Shown here piece after piece: positions 39,478-52,614 of a DNA stretch of 64,000 bases. The number at the start of each line of letters is the position of its first letter. The stretch's first letter is position 1. The notes under the pieces were generated by a model. It searched no databases, was not told the DNA's origin, and saw nothing but the letters and a program-made list of their open reading frames with translations. Made by a program: the position numbers and the translations under genes. The DNA lies in contig NC_092397.1 of NCBI RefSeq assembly GCF_030028105.1, positions 21,276,630 to 21,340,629 of the forward strand, read 5' to 3'. This DNA comes from Mobula birostris (Eukaryota).

Positions 39478-40410
39478 ACTTCATAATTTTGTATACCTCT
39501 ATCTAATCTTGCAACAATATTCTGTATTCCAAGAAATAAAATCCTAACCTATTTGATCTTTCCAGAGAACTCAGGTCCTTAAGTCCCAGGAACATCCTTG
39601 TAAATTTTCTCTGTACTCTTTCAAGCTTATTTACATCTTTCTTGTGGGTAGGTAAACAAAACTGCACACAATACTCCAAATTAGGAGTCACCAATGTCTT
39701 ACACAACTTCAACATAACATCCATCTCCTGCACTTTGCCCTTTGTAAATCGAAGTACCATGTGCCTAAACTTTCTTTTTGACTTCATCTATCTGTGATAC
39801 CACTTACTAGGAATTATGAATCTGTATTTCCAGATCCCTCAGCTTTAATGCACTTTTCAGTGCCCGACTGCTCACCGTGTAAGACCTACCCTGGTTTGTC
39901 CTCCGAAAATGCAACACCTCATCCTTGTCAGCATTAAATTCCTGCTGCTCCAGATCACAGTGCAAGCTTTGAGCATCTTCCTCACTGTTCATTATACCTC
40001 CAATCCTGGTGTCATACGGAAAATTGTTGTCCCAGTTCACCACATTGTCATCTATATCAAAGATCTGGATGATAAACAATGGACTCAGACTGATTCCTGT
40101 GTCACATCACCAGTCACAGGCCTCCCGTCAGAGAGGCAATCATCTACAACCACTCTCGAACCTAACGCTTAATCCAATTTACTACCTCATCTTGATGCTG
40201 AATGACTGAACCTTCTTGACCAAGAACCCATGTGAGACCTTGTCAAAGGCGTTGCTGAAGCCCATGTAGGCTACATCCACTGCCTTGCAGTCATCAACTT
40301 TCCTAGTAACTTCCTCAAAAAAACTCTACAAGAGTAGTTAGACATGACGTACCATATACAAAACTATATTAACTATTCCCAATCAGTCCCTGTCTATCCA
40401 AATAATTATA
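39478..40410 (-). mobile_element. Degenerate CR1 RT fragment
   Basis: LVTPNLEYCVQFC...LERVQRKFTRM motif. Confidence 0.8.
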
Positions 40411-41149
40411 TCTATGGTTGTTATATCTAGAGTTTATGTCTGGATCCAGAGCAAGTGGGCAAGGGACTAAACCAGTACTTCACATCAGTATTCATCAATG
40501 TGGTCATCAAGGATAGTGAGATCAGAGAAGGGAATGATGCTGATATTCCAGGGCATGTTGTTCCTCAGGCAATAGAGACAAACCAGGAAATTATAGACTG
40601 GTGAGATTTGGATCAATGCTCGGGAAATACTCTTAGACGTAGGATCTCTCATAAAAGTTTGGAGGGTAAAATGAGGATATCAGGATTTGGAAGGCAAAGT
40701 GAGCAAAATCCCAAGAGATTCTCTCGGTATATTCATAGGAAAAGGGAAGTTAGACGGAAAATCATTCCCCATGGAGATGAACATGGCCTCGGTATGTGGA
40801 ACCGAAGGAAATAGGAGAGGCTTTCCACGAATATTTCCAACAGTTATCTCACCATTGAGAAAATGCGGAAGCTAAGGAAGTGACAGAAATGAGCTGCGAT
40901 GTCTTAGACCACATTCAAATGGGCAGGGATCTGTATTTGAGGTCTTAAGATTCATTAAGGTTGTTAAATCTCCAGGGTCTTATCAGGTACATTCTCGTAC
41001 TTTGTGGGAAGCTAGAGAATACACTGTGGGGGCCAGGGGAGAGAGGGGACATGTTCAGCCAGATGGGATCAGTTGTGGTCAGTGCAGACACTGTGGGCTG
41101 AAGGGCCTTTCCCTGTGCTGGACTGTCCCACGTGTGTTGTGTGTTGAAA

Positions 41150-41800
41150 CTCAGACGGACACTCACTGTTACCGGTCGGCAGGCAGGAAGAGAAGAAGCC
41201 GGTGTTCACAGTGGAGGTGCAGTCAGGTCCACCAGTCCGCTCCCACATCCACATGGCAATGGCAGAGAACAAGGAGCAGCTCGTCTCATCACCTCTGTGG
41301 CCCATTCCGTCACCCCTCATTCTTCCAAAGGGCAGCAGGTTCAGACCGACCCTTCAGTTCAGTCGCTGCCGCCCCGCCGGGGGGAGGAAGCCTCACCTCC
41401 GCCCCCGGGCCCAGGGCGCTCCCCCTCCCGCCTCCGCGGCCCGTTGCCGAGGAAACGAGACTCACGCTCCTCTGTGACGTCACAGGCAGCGACTCGGCAA
41501 CAGGACGGGAAGGCAGCGGCCCAGGAGGCGGGGCAGAGTGAGCTGTCAATCAGAGGAGCCGCTGGTAAAGCTGCAAATGGGTCAATGTACTCTTCATGAA
41601 AAAGGCCCGATCAGCGGGGGAAACCTCAACTCGACCCCGGGTCCAGAGCCCTCCCGGATCCTGGGGACTTTTCCAAGACTGCACTCTGGCTCTTGGACGT
41701 GTTTCCGCAAGATGCTGTCCTGTCACGTGATATCGCGGCCGCAGCCCGGGAGGAGGAGCGATGTAGCTGTCAATCAGAGGAGCGGCCCCGGGCCGTCACT
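41150..41800 (-). promoter_or_regulatory. CpG island promoter and putative non-coding first exon
   Basis: Minus-strand TGATTGACAG at 41543-41552 and 41767-41776, GC box, TGACGTCA 41475-41482, X-box GTTGCCGAGGAAAC 41443-41456, CACGTG 41724-41729, donor ACA|GTGAGT at 41166-41161. Confidence 0.65.
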
Positions 41801-42621
41801 GTGCTCAGAGGGATTTTGTTGTCAAACCTGTAACTGGAGGGAAAATGAACCTCTTGTAAACGAAAACAATAAAGATGTGGAAAATGGAAATGAGCGAGGT
41901 ACAGTATAAAACTAGACAGAAGGGAAAGCTAATGCTGAGATGTTTAGTATGAATCAATTTCAGACATTCCACCCTGCAAAAACTCATTTCAGAGAAATAG
42001 CATCACCATTTCAGGATTTCAGGGAGGTAGCACCGGCTCCGCTCCTCCAGCAAGCCCATATCCCCCCCCCCCACCCCCGGTCGACCTCCTAGGGCGCATG
42101 TATACGGGACATTTGATTATGAAAGAACACAACAATTTGACAAATATAGTAATTATTTACACACATACACATATATTATATATGTAATATACATACACAT
42201 ATTCCTTGTTGAGTATTTTGTTGGCAATCTCAATGTTAATGCAAATAACTTTTCTATTTCTTTTGCAAACTTTCCTTGTGCTGTGATGTGGCTCTGCTGA
42301 AAAGAACTGTGAAATACTTGAGCAGCCTTCCCTGCGATTAGCCTCCCTAATATGTTATGGTCCCTAAAAAAAAGCATAAGGTGTATCTTTATTATATTGT
42401 CTTATGTAATACTTTGTTTAGTGATTTTGTCTAATCTGTAAACTGGGTATCTGCAGAAAATGTGACATTAAAATATGTACTTATAGATTATTATGGAGTC
42501 ATTTTTTTATTCTATTGCAACTTTAAGCACGTGTACAGGGAGTCTGGCCTCGTCACATAGGACATCAATAGAGTAGCTCTTTAGCAGCTAGCCAGCTAGT
42601 TTAGATAACATTAGCTATGCT

Positions 42622-43230
42622 ACAGGAGCAGGGAGGTACTACTGCAGTTGTACAAGGCCTTAGTGAGACCACACCTGGAGTATTGTATGCAGTTTTGGTC
42701 CCCTAATCTGAGGAAAGACATTCTTGCCATAGAGGGAGTACAAAGAAGGTTCGCCAGATTGATTCCTGGGATGGCAGGACTTTCATATGATGAAAGACTG
42801 GATCGGCTAGGCTTATACCCTCAGGAATTTAGAAGATTGAGGGGGGATCTGATTGAAATGTATAAAATTCTAAAGGGATTGGACAGGCTAGATGCAGGGA
42901 GATTGTTCCCGATGTTGGGGAAGTCCAGAATGAGGGGTCACAGTTTGAGGATAAAGGGGAGGCCTTTTAGGACCGAGATGAGGAAAAACTTCTTCACACA
43001 GAGAGTGGTGAATCTGTGGAATTCTCTGCCACAGGAAACAGTTGAGGTCAGTTCATTAGCTATATTTAAGAGGGAGTTAGATATGGCCTTTGTGGCTAAA
43101 GGGATCAGGGGGTATGGAGAGAAGGCAGGTACAGGGTTCTGAGTTGGATGATCAGCCATGATCATACTGAATGGCGGTGCAGGCTTGAAGGGCCGAATGG
43201 ACTACTTCTGCACCTATTTTCAATGTTTCT
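42622..43230 (+). mobile_element. CR1 3' fragment
   Basis: ORF 42648-43142, closely similar to the 4810-5420 copy. Confidence 0.95.
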
Positions 43231-43504
43231 AATGAACGAATGACGCCTGTTAAACTCACCTCAACATGCCTTTTACAGTCTTAACCCACCATGGGCAATA
43301 GAAAAGTCATTGTTGCAAACAGGGCAGCGAGCAACACTGTTGTTATTTTTGACCTCTATTAGGCAGGAGTACACTTTAATGTAGTCTGCAGTGATGTAAG
43401 TTTTATATTTTCTTCTATTGAAACACTTTGCCATGGCGGTGCAGGACACGAAACTGAACTGATGGAGAGACAGAGGTCGACTGTAAAGCCCACCCACAGA
43501 GAAA

Positions 43505-45210
43505 TTGGATGTCCAGTCCCTATATACTTCCATCCCGCATCAGGAAGGTCTCAAAGCTCTCCATTTCTTTTTGGATTCCAGACCTAACCAGTTCCCCTCT
43601 ACCACCACTCTGCTCCGTCTAGCGGAATTAGTCCTTACTCTTAATAATTTCTCCTTTGGTTCCTCCCACTTCCTCCAAACTAAAGGTGTAGCCATGGGCA
43701 CCCGTATGGGTCCTAGCTATGCCTGCCTTTTTGTTGGCTTTGTGGAACAATCTATGTTCCAAACCTATTCTGGTATCTGTCCCCCACTTTTCCTTCGCCA
43801 CATTTACGACTGCATTGGCGCTGCTTCCCGCACGCATACTGAGCTTGTTGACTTCCTCAACTTTGTCTCTATCTCTGGAGACAGCTTATCTACTGATGTC
43901 TACTATAAGCCAACTGACTCTCACAGCTATCTGGACTATTCCTCTTCTCACCCTGTCCCTTGCAAAAACGCCATCCCCTTCTCGCAATTCCTCCGTCTCC
44001 GCCGCATCTGCTCTCAGGATGAGGCTTTTCATTCTAGGACAAGGGAGATGTCTTCCTTTTTTAAAGAAAGGGGCTTCCCTTCCTCCACCATCAACTCGGC
44101 TCTCAAACGCCTCTCCCCCATTTCACGCACATCTGACATCTGCTCTCACTCCATCCTCCCGCCCCCCCCCCGTAGGAATAGGGTTCTCCTTGTCCTCACC
44201 TACCACCCCACCAACCCGAGTCCAACATATAATTCTCCTTAACTTCCGCCACCTCCGACTGGATTCCACCACTAAGCACATCTTTCCGTCCTCCCCCCCA
44301 CCAGGGATCGCTTCCTACGTGACTCCCTTGTCCATTCATCCCCCCATCCCTCCCCTCTGAACTCCCTCCTGGCACTTATCCTTGTAAGTGGAACAAGTGC
44401 TACACATGCCCTTACACTTCCTCCCTTACCACCATTCAGGGCCCCAGACAGTCCTTCCAGGTGAGGCGACACTTCACCTGTGAGTCAGCTGGGGTGATAT
44501 ACTGCGTCCGGTGCTCCCGATGTGGCCTTTTATATATTGGCGAGACCCGACGCAGACTGGGAGATTGTTTCGCTGAACACCTACGCTCTGTCTGCCAGAG
44601 AAAGCAGGATCTCCCAGTGGCCACACATTTTAATTCCACGTCTCATTCCCATTCTGACATGTCTATACACGGCCCCCTCTACTGTCAAGATGAAGCCACA
44701 CTCAGGTTGGAGGAACAACACCTTGTATTCTGTCTGGGTAGCCTCCAACCTGATGGCATGAACATCGACTTCTCTAACTTCCGCTAATGCCCCACCTTCC
44801 ACGTGTACCCCATCCGTTATTTTTTTATATACACACATTCTTTTTCTCCCTCTCCTTTTTCTCCCTCTGTCCCCCTCACTATCCCCCTTGCCCATCCTCT
44901 GGTTTCCGCCCTCCCCCTTTTCTTTCTCCCTGGGCCTCCTGTCCCATGATCCTCTCATATCCCTTCTGCCAATCAACTGTCCAGCTCTTGGCTCCATCCC
45001 TTCCCTCCTGTCTTCTCCTATCATTTCAGATCTCCCCCTCCCCCTTTCAAATCTCTTACTAGCTCTTCTTTCACTTTGTCCTGACAAAGGATCTCGGCCC
45101 GAAACATCGACTGTATCTCTTCCTTGAGATGCTGCCTGGCCTGCTGTGTTCACCAGCAACTTTTATGCGTGTTGCTTGAAATTCCAGCATCTGCAGATTT
45201 CCTCGTGTTA
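43505..45210 (+). mobile_element. 5'-truncated Penelope-like element (RT plus GIY-YIG)
   Basis: DVQSLYTSIPH, QTKGVAMGTRMGPSYA, TDVYYKPTDSHSYL and VIYCVRCSRCGLLYIGET; mutated hammerhead at 45078-45112; flanking duplication ccacagagaaa (43494-43504 and 45214-45224). Confidence 0.95.
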
Positions 45211-45714
45211 ATGCCACAGAGAAAACTGATAGATCTATTTAGCACAAGGAGAGACCAATCAGGATGCTCGCTCCCAGTGTCCCTCTCATTTCCGGGATAT
45301 TGTATATAATTTGCGGGCATCAGGGAGCCGCTATTAATATGCGGGAGACTCCCAGAACTTCCGGTAAAGGTAGGATGTCTGCAACTGATTGCTGAGAATT
45401 TTAGCTTCATCGGTAAAGCACCGTGAGTCTAGGAGATGGTGCGAGAGTCAATGGCAGAAAATAAAGAGATAGTAGATTAACAAAGAGATGTCAGGCACCC
45501 GTTTGATAATATTTGGTTTCCCACACCACTGCATACTGGGTGCTGTTCTGATGGGCACACTGTAGGACGAACATGATTGCTCTGTAATCTGTGACCTGGT
45601 GCTCTCGTCCCCATCCCCCTGCCAATCCCCGGGAGCAGAATGAACCTGCCGGACAGTGTAGAGCAGGTTTACCAATTGTTGTCTGGGATGGAGCTCTTCC
45701 GTTGTGAGCCCATA

Positions 45715-46610
45715 AAATATAGGAGCAGAATTAGTCACTTTGGCCCATTGAGTCTGCTCTGCCATTTCATCCATTTCCCTGTCAGTCCCAATCTCCTGAT
45801 TAGTCCCTGTAATCCATCATGCCCTGAATAATCAAGAAACTAGCAGCCCCTGCCTCAAATATACTCAATGACAGCCTCGACATTAGCCTCTGGCAACAAA
45901 TTCCACTCTCTGGCTAAGGAAATTCCTCCTCATCTCTGTTTAAAGTCTCTCTATTCTGAGGCCATGGCCTCTGATCCTGGACTCCCCCTCCATTGGAAAC
46001 GTCATCTCCATATCCACTCGACCACGGCCTTTCTACACTTAAGAGGTTTCAATGAGATTCCTTCTCATTCATCTGAATTCTGGTGAGTACAGGCCCAGAA
46101 CATTCAAATGGTCTTCATATGATAACCCTTTCAATCCCAGAGTCATTCTTGTAAACGTCCTCTGAACCTTCACACCCTTCCTTAGATAAGGGCCTAGAAT
46201 TGCTCACAATACTCCAAGTGAGTCCTTACCAGAGCCTCATAAAGCCTCAACATTACATCCTTGGCTCTTCTATTCTAGTCCTCTCGACACTGTATCCCAT
46301 CTGCCATTAAATATCCATTCTCCTAATCCATCTAAGCCCTTCTGTAGCCTCTCTGATTCCTCAGCACTATCTGCCCCTCCATGTATTTTTGTACTGTCCG
46401 CAAAGCCATCAATTCCATCATTCTAATTACCGACATATAGCATAAAAAGAAGTGATCCAAAAACTGATCGCTGTAGAACTCTGCAGGCAACCAGAAAAGG
46501 CTCATTTTATTCCCACTCTGACTCCTGCAAATCAGCTATTATCTTTCCTGTAATATCATGGGTTCTTAACTTGTTAAGCAGCCTCATGTGCAGCACCTTG
46601 TGATATACAA
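45715..46610 (-). mobile_element. Degenerate CR1 3' fragment
   Basis: Similar to the 13150-14330 minus-strand copy. Confidence 0.75.
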
Positions 46611-49230
46611 AGGACCAGACAGGGCACTGAGTGTATTACAGATTGGAGTTTCAGTGAGGTGGTCTCTCCTGAGGTACAGGCAGCAGGTAGCTGAGTGACT
46701 GCGAGGAGAGGTAACGGGAACAGGCCCTCAGTACAGCAAGCTCCTGTGGCCATTCCCCTCGGCAACACTGAACCTCTTTTTGCTACTGCTGGGGGATGTC
46801 CTGTCACTGAGACTGGCTCTGAAGCTTACGGGGTGAGGGCCGTCAGCCAGGGTGATCGTTCTGAGTAAATGGATAGGTGAGTTGGTGGACATCAGTGAGA
46901 GATTCTGGATCCACAAAATGATGGTGTGTTGCCTCCCTGGTGCCAGGGTCAGGGACGTCTCAGAGCAGATACGGAACGGGGGCGGGGGCAGTGTTCATTC
47001 AGCCAGAGGTGGTGGTTGATGTCAGTTTCTAACAGACAGGCAGAAGAGGGAAGAGGTGCCACACAGTGAATATAGAGAGTTAGGGAAGAAGTTAAAGAGT
47101 GGGACCTGAAGGGTTGTAACCTCCAGGTAAATCCCAGTGCTGTGTGGTAGTGGTGTTAGGGACAGAAAGTTAGAGCAGATGAATGTGTGGCTGAAGAGCT
47201 GGTGCAGGGGCAGGTTTCAGGATTCTGGATCATTGGAACCTCTTCTGGTGACCTGTACAAGAGGGATGGTTTGCACCTTCACTGGAGGCGGGTCAGTATC
47301 ATGAGGTTCATTGCTGCTCCCTGGGAGGGCTGAAACGAGATTGACAGGGGGATGTGAACCGGAACACCAGTCACTGAATGGAGAGATTGAAGCTGAGTTT
47401 GATGTCATGCACAGTAATGCTGTAAGGATAGATTTTGAGGCAAACCCACATCTGACATGGAGTTTTTTTTAAAGACCAGCTGCACAGTGTTTCAGGGCCA
47501 GTTTGTTCCAGTGGGAGGGAGGGTCAAGGTCAGCAAGGTACAGGAACCTTGGATGATGAGAGAGGAAATTAATTTAGTCGAGGAGGAGGAAAAAGCATTT
47601 GTAAGGTTTAGGAAGCTGAAATCAAACAGGGTGAGGTGTCCAACAAGGTCCCACATGGTAGGCTCAACAAGGAGTTTAGAATGGGTCCACAGTGATGTGG
47701 CCTATTGTCTTTCCCACGGAAGGGAGTGGTTAGTGGTGCATGGGTCCTGTTCTGGGTGGAGGTCTGTGATGAGTTGTGATCCAGAGATGTTTGTACTGGG
47801 ACCTTGGTTACTCGTGATATAAATGATGTGGATAAAAATGTGGTAATGTAGGTTTACAGATGGCACACAGATTTGTGAACACTGTGCATTGCACAGAAGA
47901 GTTCCAAACGATACAGCAGGATATTGAACAGTTGCTGATATGGTAGGAACGTTAACAGTATTGACAAAGAGAAGGATGATGGAGTCCAAGCATACAGTCT
48001 CACTGAAACTGCGAGCACAGGTTGACAGGGAGGTGAAGTCGTGTATGACATGTTTGTCTTCCTCAGGCAAGGCATTGAGTTCAAGCACCAGGACATTATG
48101 TTACAGGTTTCTAAAAGCTGGTGAGGCCACATTGAGAGTACAGTGCTCAGTTCTGGTCACCTCATTATTGGAAGCGTGTGGAGGTTGTGGAGCAGGTGCA
48201 GAGGTGGTTTACCAGGATGTCTGGTCTGGAGGTGGTGTGTGGTGAGGAGAGGCTGTACATGCTGGAGCTTTTTCCTCTAGTGGCGTCAGCTCAGGAGAGA
48301 GTTGACAGAAATTTATAGATGTTTGCAGGTCATTGTTGGTGTAGATAGCTAGCAATACTTTTCACAGGCGTGAATTGCCTTCTACTAGTTGACATGTATT
48401 TAATGTCAGAGGAAGGAAGTGAAGAAAACAGAGTAGTGGAGGTTTCGAATGCACTGCCAGGGGTGGTGGCAGAGGCAGAGAACACAGGAGTATTTAAGGA
48501 AATCTCAGACAGGCACAGGAATATGTAGAGAAGGGCCAAAGTTCCACCCCTGTACTGTCCTGTGTTCATGAACAGCAGATGGCCCCGGGCATGGATTCAT
48601 GCACGAGGCTGGGGTATTATATCGCAAACAATAAATGGTTGTGCGAGGGGCAACAAATGCTACAAATACCTGTTGCATTTCACAGTACAAATGCTACAGG
48701 TATGATGCAGTGGAGGGAAGAGAGGAGGAAGAGATGTGCTTGATCAGAGAGAACATCTCAGTGGTACTTGGAGATTGTCCCAAAAATATTGAAGTAAGGA
48801 AGAGATAGCAAACACCAGAGGGCATATGGACAAAGTCAAGGGAGGGAAGTTTAGGGCAGACATTAGGGGAGGGGTAGTTCTTTTTTTAAAGAGGGTTGTG
48901 GGTGCCTGGAATGACTTGCCAGGGATGGTGGTGGAGGCTAAAACATTAGGGGTAATTTAAGAGCCTCTTGGACAGGCACATGGATGAAAGAAATACAGAG
49001 GGTTACGGAGTAGTGTGTGTTTAGTGCTTTTTTGAAAGGAATCTATGGGTCGGCACAACACCGAGGGCTGAAAGGCCTGTACTGTGCTGTGCTGTTCTAG
49101 GGTTTTGATGGGATTGTATTATTGGCCATCAAATATCAGGAGTCAACAAGGTTGTAATAGAGGGACATTTCAACTTCTCTCACGCTGACTGGGACAGCAG
49201 TAATGCCAAGGGTTTGGTGGATCAGAATTT
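46610..49230 (+). mobile_element. Highly degenerate CR1 pieces (ORF1 esterase and ORF2 remnants)
   Basis: gtgtgttgcctccctggtgccagggtc and gatgaatgtgtggctg ORF1-like segments, RT-like segments and 3' UTR hairpins. Confidence 0.65.
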
Positions 49231-49998
49231 ATTCAATGTGCCCAGGAGATTCTTCTCAATCAGTATTTCGAAGTTCCTACCAAAGACAGGACAACACTGA
49301 ACCGCTTTGTGGGAAATCAGACTCGACAAGTGACGGGTCCTTCGGTGCTGGAGACCTTGATCCACCCACCTACCCCCTCCCTGGCACAAACCAAAGTCTG
49401 TTCTCAGAGCGACCCACCGCCTGACAGAGGGAGCCTCTCGGGAAATCTGACCAAACTCCCTCGCAAAATATTCATTTATATTTCAGAGACCTGGGTGGAC
49501 GAGATTTCCAGTAAATACTGTCAGTTCCACAGGGTAAATGCACTTTTGTAGATAAATGTAAATATTATTGTTCTGTGAGGCGGTGGGAATTCTCATGAGG
49601 CAATGAACAGGCGATGTTCCCGCCTGCTGCACACCGGAACCGACACGGGTAACCCGCAATGTCAAACCCAGACAACGCGGATTTAGGTCATGAAGAGCGG
49701 AGTCGTACAATGATCGGATATTAAATTCTCTGTCCGGGGGCTGACTCTGGAAATTAATTTCACGACCCTAGGCCGAGTGAACCCGCTGACTCTCCGCAAG
49801 GGGAGAGCTGCATTGCGCCAGCAGAGAGGGGAAATGAGACAGGACCGAAGCGGACCGATTTCTGTGCAGATAGATATCGGTTTACTTCGCGGAAGAAACG
49901 TGACGGACATTGAACTGTCGTGACTGTGACAGATACAGAGTCCAGTTACTCTGAACGGAAATCACCCGCTGCTCAGCTCTTCCACAGGCACTGTGAGT

Positions 49999-50014
49999 GG
50001 CTCTGAAAAGAGCC
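49999..50014 (-). terminator. Histone 3' stem-loop (H2A)
   Basis: Reverse strand GGCTCTTTTCAGAGCC-ACTCA; HDE GGAAGAGCTG. Confidence 0.97.
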
Positions 50015-50044
50015 TTTGGGTAAATAGGTTCAGCTTACGTCGCT

Positions 50045-50428
50045 TCACTTACTGGCACCGCCGGTTTTCTTGGGCAACAGCACGGCCTGGATATTGGGTA
50101 ACACACCGCCCTGAGCGATAGTCACGCCTCCCAGCAGCTTGTTGAGCTCCTCGTCGTTGCGGACGGCCAGCTGCAGGTGTCTGGGGATGATGCGGGTTTT
50201 CTTATTGTCCCGGGCCGCGTTGCCGGCCAATTCGAGGATTTCGGCTGTCAGATACTCGAGCACAGCAGCCAGGTAGACCGGGGCTCCAGCACCCACCCGC
50301 TCAGCATAGTTGCCCTTTCTTAGGAGTCTGTGAACCCGGCCGACCGGGAACTGCAGTCCAGCCCGAGACGAGCGAGATTTGGCCTTGGACCGAACTTTGC
50401 CAGCGGTGCCTTTTCCACGTCCAGACAT
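50045..50428 (-). CDS. H2A: Histone H2A (replication-dependent), 127 aa
   Basis: [31 protein letters not shown]...[12 protein letters not shown]. The start is the ATG at 50428; the longer track ORF runs through the promoter. TATAAAA at ~50494-50500. Confidence 0.98.
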   Translation of the reverse strand: MSGRGKGTAGKVRSKAKSRSSRAGLQFPVGRVHRLLRKGNYAERVGAGAPVYLAAVLEYLTAEILELAGNAARDNKKTRIIPRHLQLAVRNDEELNKLLGGVTIAQGGVLPNIQAVLLPKKTGGASK

Positions 50429-50489
50429 TTCCACAGTCACAACAATTGCTCCACCGAGAATGAAAGAATGTTCACCCCGCCCCAACTCA

Positions 50490-50690
50490 CCTTTTTTATA
50501 CCTTCTTTGAGAATGCAAACTGATGTTTGTGATTGGTGTAACCGTGCTTATTCTCATTGGTGAAGAGAAACGTCCCAATCGAAGAGCTGCCTTAATCACC
50601 AATCAGCAGTCCGTAAAGATAGAAGCGCGGAAAGTAACCGTGTCCTCCCCAAAGTACACTGAAATTTCGAAAAAGCCCGCCAAAAAAATA
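50490..50690 (-). promoter_or_regulatory. H2A promoter
   Basis: TATA box, octamer-like ATGCAAAC, four CCAAT/ATTGG boxes, TTGGCGG...TTCGAA at 50666-50683. Confidence 0.75.
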
Positions 50691-51310
50691 AATCTCTTGT
50701 TCAAATTTAATCAGAAATTAAATAATTGCTGATCTGTTTGACGATTGAGTGTTCGTACTTCCCCGTTACTGAAACCGGGCACATTTAATGCAAGTGTAGT
50801 TGATATTGAAATGTCTGGGAACTCAATTCTCTAATTTCTTTCAACCCGTAACGGAACCGAGTAAAACTGAATCTCAGCTTCTGCCCGCGGTCGGTCATTG
50901 TGTAAACGTTATCAGGTTATGGACAAACGGCTCTTCTCAAACTGTGATCAGCGGCTAGTCTGCAATTTAAAAATGTTCTATGAAACAATCATGAACTCGT
51001 TCAGGCCTCGCATTGAAATAATATTCAGAGAAGTTACCCAACTGTAACTAATAAACTCCTGAACCCACAGCTAAAACAGCAACGGCAGCAATCCTCCGCT
51101 CGACATGGATACCGGCAGGGGCGGACTGATGAGGATGGGAAGGTAACAAGTCCGTGTCAGTGCAGTGGGAGGAATGTAAAACACCGGGATTATACGGAGA
51201 TGAACCGGATACTCCAACCCTACCTTAGCTCTTGTAAAAGACACCAGACATAAAATGTGTGCAATTTAGTGTCTACATTTTAGTACAACCCTCTTAGTGA
51301 AATTGTGAGT

Positions 51311-51680
51311 GGCTCTTAAAAGAGCCGTTTTGTTTTCGATCATCGCACTGGAGAGCTTTACTTGGAGCTGGTGTATTTGGCAGCAGGCGCACGGCGGTCT
51401 GGATCTCCCGTGAGGTGATGGTTGACCGCTTGTTGTAGTGGGCCAGGCGGGAAGCCTCGCCCCCGATTCTCTCGAAGATATCGTTGACGAACGAGTTCAT
51501 GATGCTCATGGCCTTGGAGGAGATGCCAGTATCGGGGTGAACCTGCTTCATCACTTTGTAGATGTAGATGGAGTAACTCTCCTTCCTCAGCCTCTTGCGC
51601 TTCTTCCCTGCCTTGCCTGCTGGTTTGGACAAAACTTTCTTGGTGCCCTTCTTCGGAACGGATTTCGCAGGCTCAGGCAT
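51311..51680 (-). pseudogene. H2B: Histone H2B with a 52-nt frameshifting deletion
   Basis: MPEPAKS...[10 protein letters not shown] jumps directly to CC AAA TAC ACC AGC TCC AAG TAA, losing [17 protein letters not shown]. Stem-loop intact at 51311-51326; promoter has TATTTAA and ATTAGCAT. Confidence 0.88.
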
Positions 51681-52376
51681 TTCTTCCGTCGGTTTCAGAC
51701 CCTGAAGAAGCAGAACCGACTCGGAGCACGAATTAAATAGGCAGCGCCCGGAACAGTATGCTAATGAGGGATGGGATGCCTTGGATTCCCAATGGCTATT
51801 TGAAGATTCTATTCATACAGTAAAGTCATTTGATTGGCTCTCTGAAGGCACACGTACAACCAATCAGAACTCTATCTCTCTGAACTGCCCCGTGTTCGCT
51901 TGGGTAAAACTGCGGACTGGGAACTGGCGCTGATCTGGTGAGTTACCGCTGCCGGTTCATTCCGCGGGAAGGAAATCTAACACACAAAATGGACCATAAG
52001 GCACAGGAGCAGTATTCGGCATTTGGCTCATTGTGTCTGCTAGAAAAGCAGAAGGAATGAGAAAAACACACACTCGATAATATAAAACGTTTATGTAATG
52101 AAACAGGGCAGCAGGAGATCGAAGGTCCAATTGTCATCATGAGACCCATTTCTGTGTGAGGTTAAAAGTCGTTTATTGTCATTTGCAACTTGCTTGCAGC
52201 AGATTCATAGACACACAGTTTCAGAGACACACCATTCACAAAATAAAAACATACTCTACAGAATTACAAACAGGTAACAGAATTTGAACAAGAGTCCATT
52301 GTAGTGTAAAGTGGTCAAAGTGGTGCTGTACTGAGATGGTGATGAGGGTTGTCCAGGTTTGTTAAACAACAGAATG

Positions 52377-52503
52377 TCTGTACCCGTCAGTCTCTGGTAC
52401 AGTGTGAGAGTGTGGGGTTCATTCTGCACCCGTCGGTCTCTGGTACAGTGTGAGAGTGTGGGGTTCAGTCTGTACCTGTCAGTCTCTGGTACAGTGTGAG
52501 AGT
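52377..52503. repeat. 46-bp minisatellite, about 2.7 copies
   Basis: tctgtacccgtcagtctctggtacagtgtgagagtgtggggttca at 52377, 52423 and 52469. Confidence 0.9.
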
Positions 52504-52614
52504 TGGACTTCACAATGTATCTTCCAATCTCTCATGCAGTCTAAATTTATAACGTTCTCAGAGACTCATTCTTACAATTGAACTCTTTGATTAAATCAAG
52601 TTTGCTTTTTAAAT

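Larger units (their letters stand above)
41961..45381 (-). mobile_element. Non-autonomous hAT-like DNA transposon with nested CR1 and Penelope insertions
   Basis: Imperfect TIRs CAGACATTCCACC (41961) and GGTAGGATGTCTG (ending 45381); subterminal cggga repeats; BED-finger remnant ARCPVCNNDFSIAHGG in ORF 43273-43533. Confidence 0.7.

Noticed and set aside
41002-41909. GC-rich ORFs of 90-180 aa in the CpG island
   Set aside because: Low-complexity Pro/Arg/Gly translations in several frames, typical of CpG islands; no recognisable domain.
50045-50080. H2A.X or another H2A variant
   Set aside because: The C-terminus is KKTGGASK with no SQ(E/D)Y motif; no H2A.Z or macroH2A signatures.
50429-50602. 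58-aa N-terminal extension of H2A in the ORF track
   Set aside because: It runs through the TATA and CCAAT promoter; the canonical MSGRGK start is at 50428.
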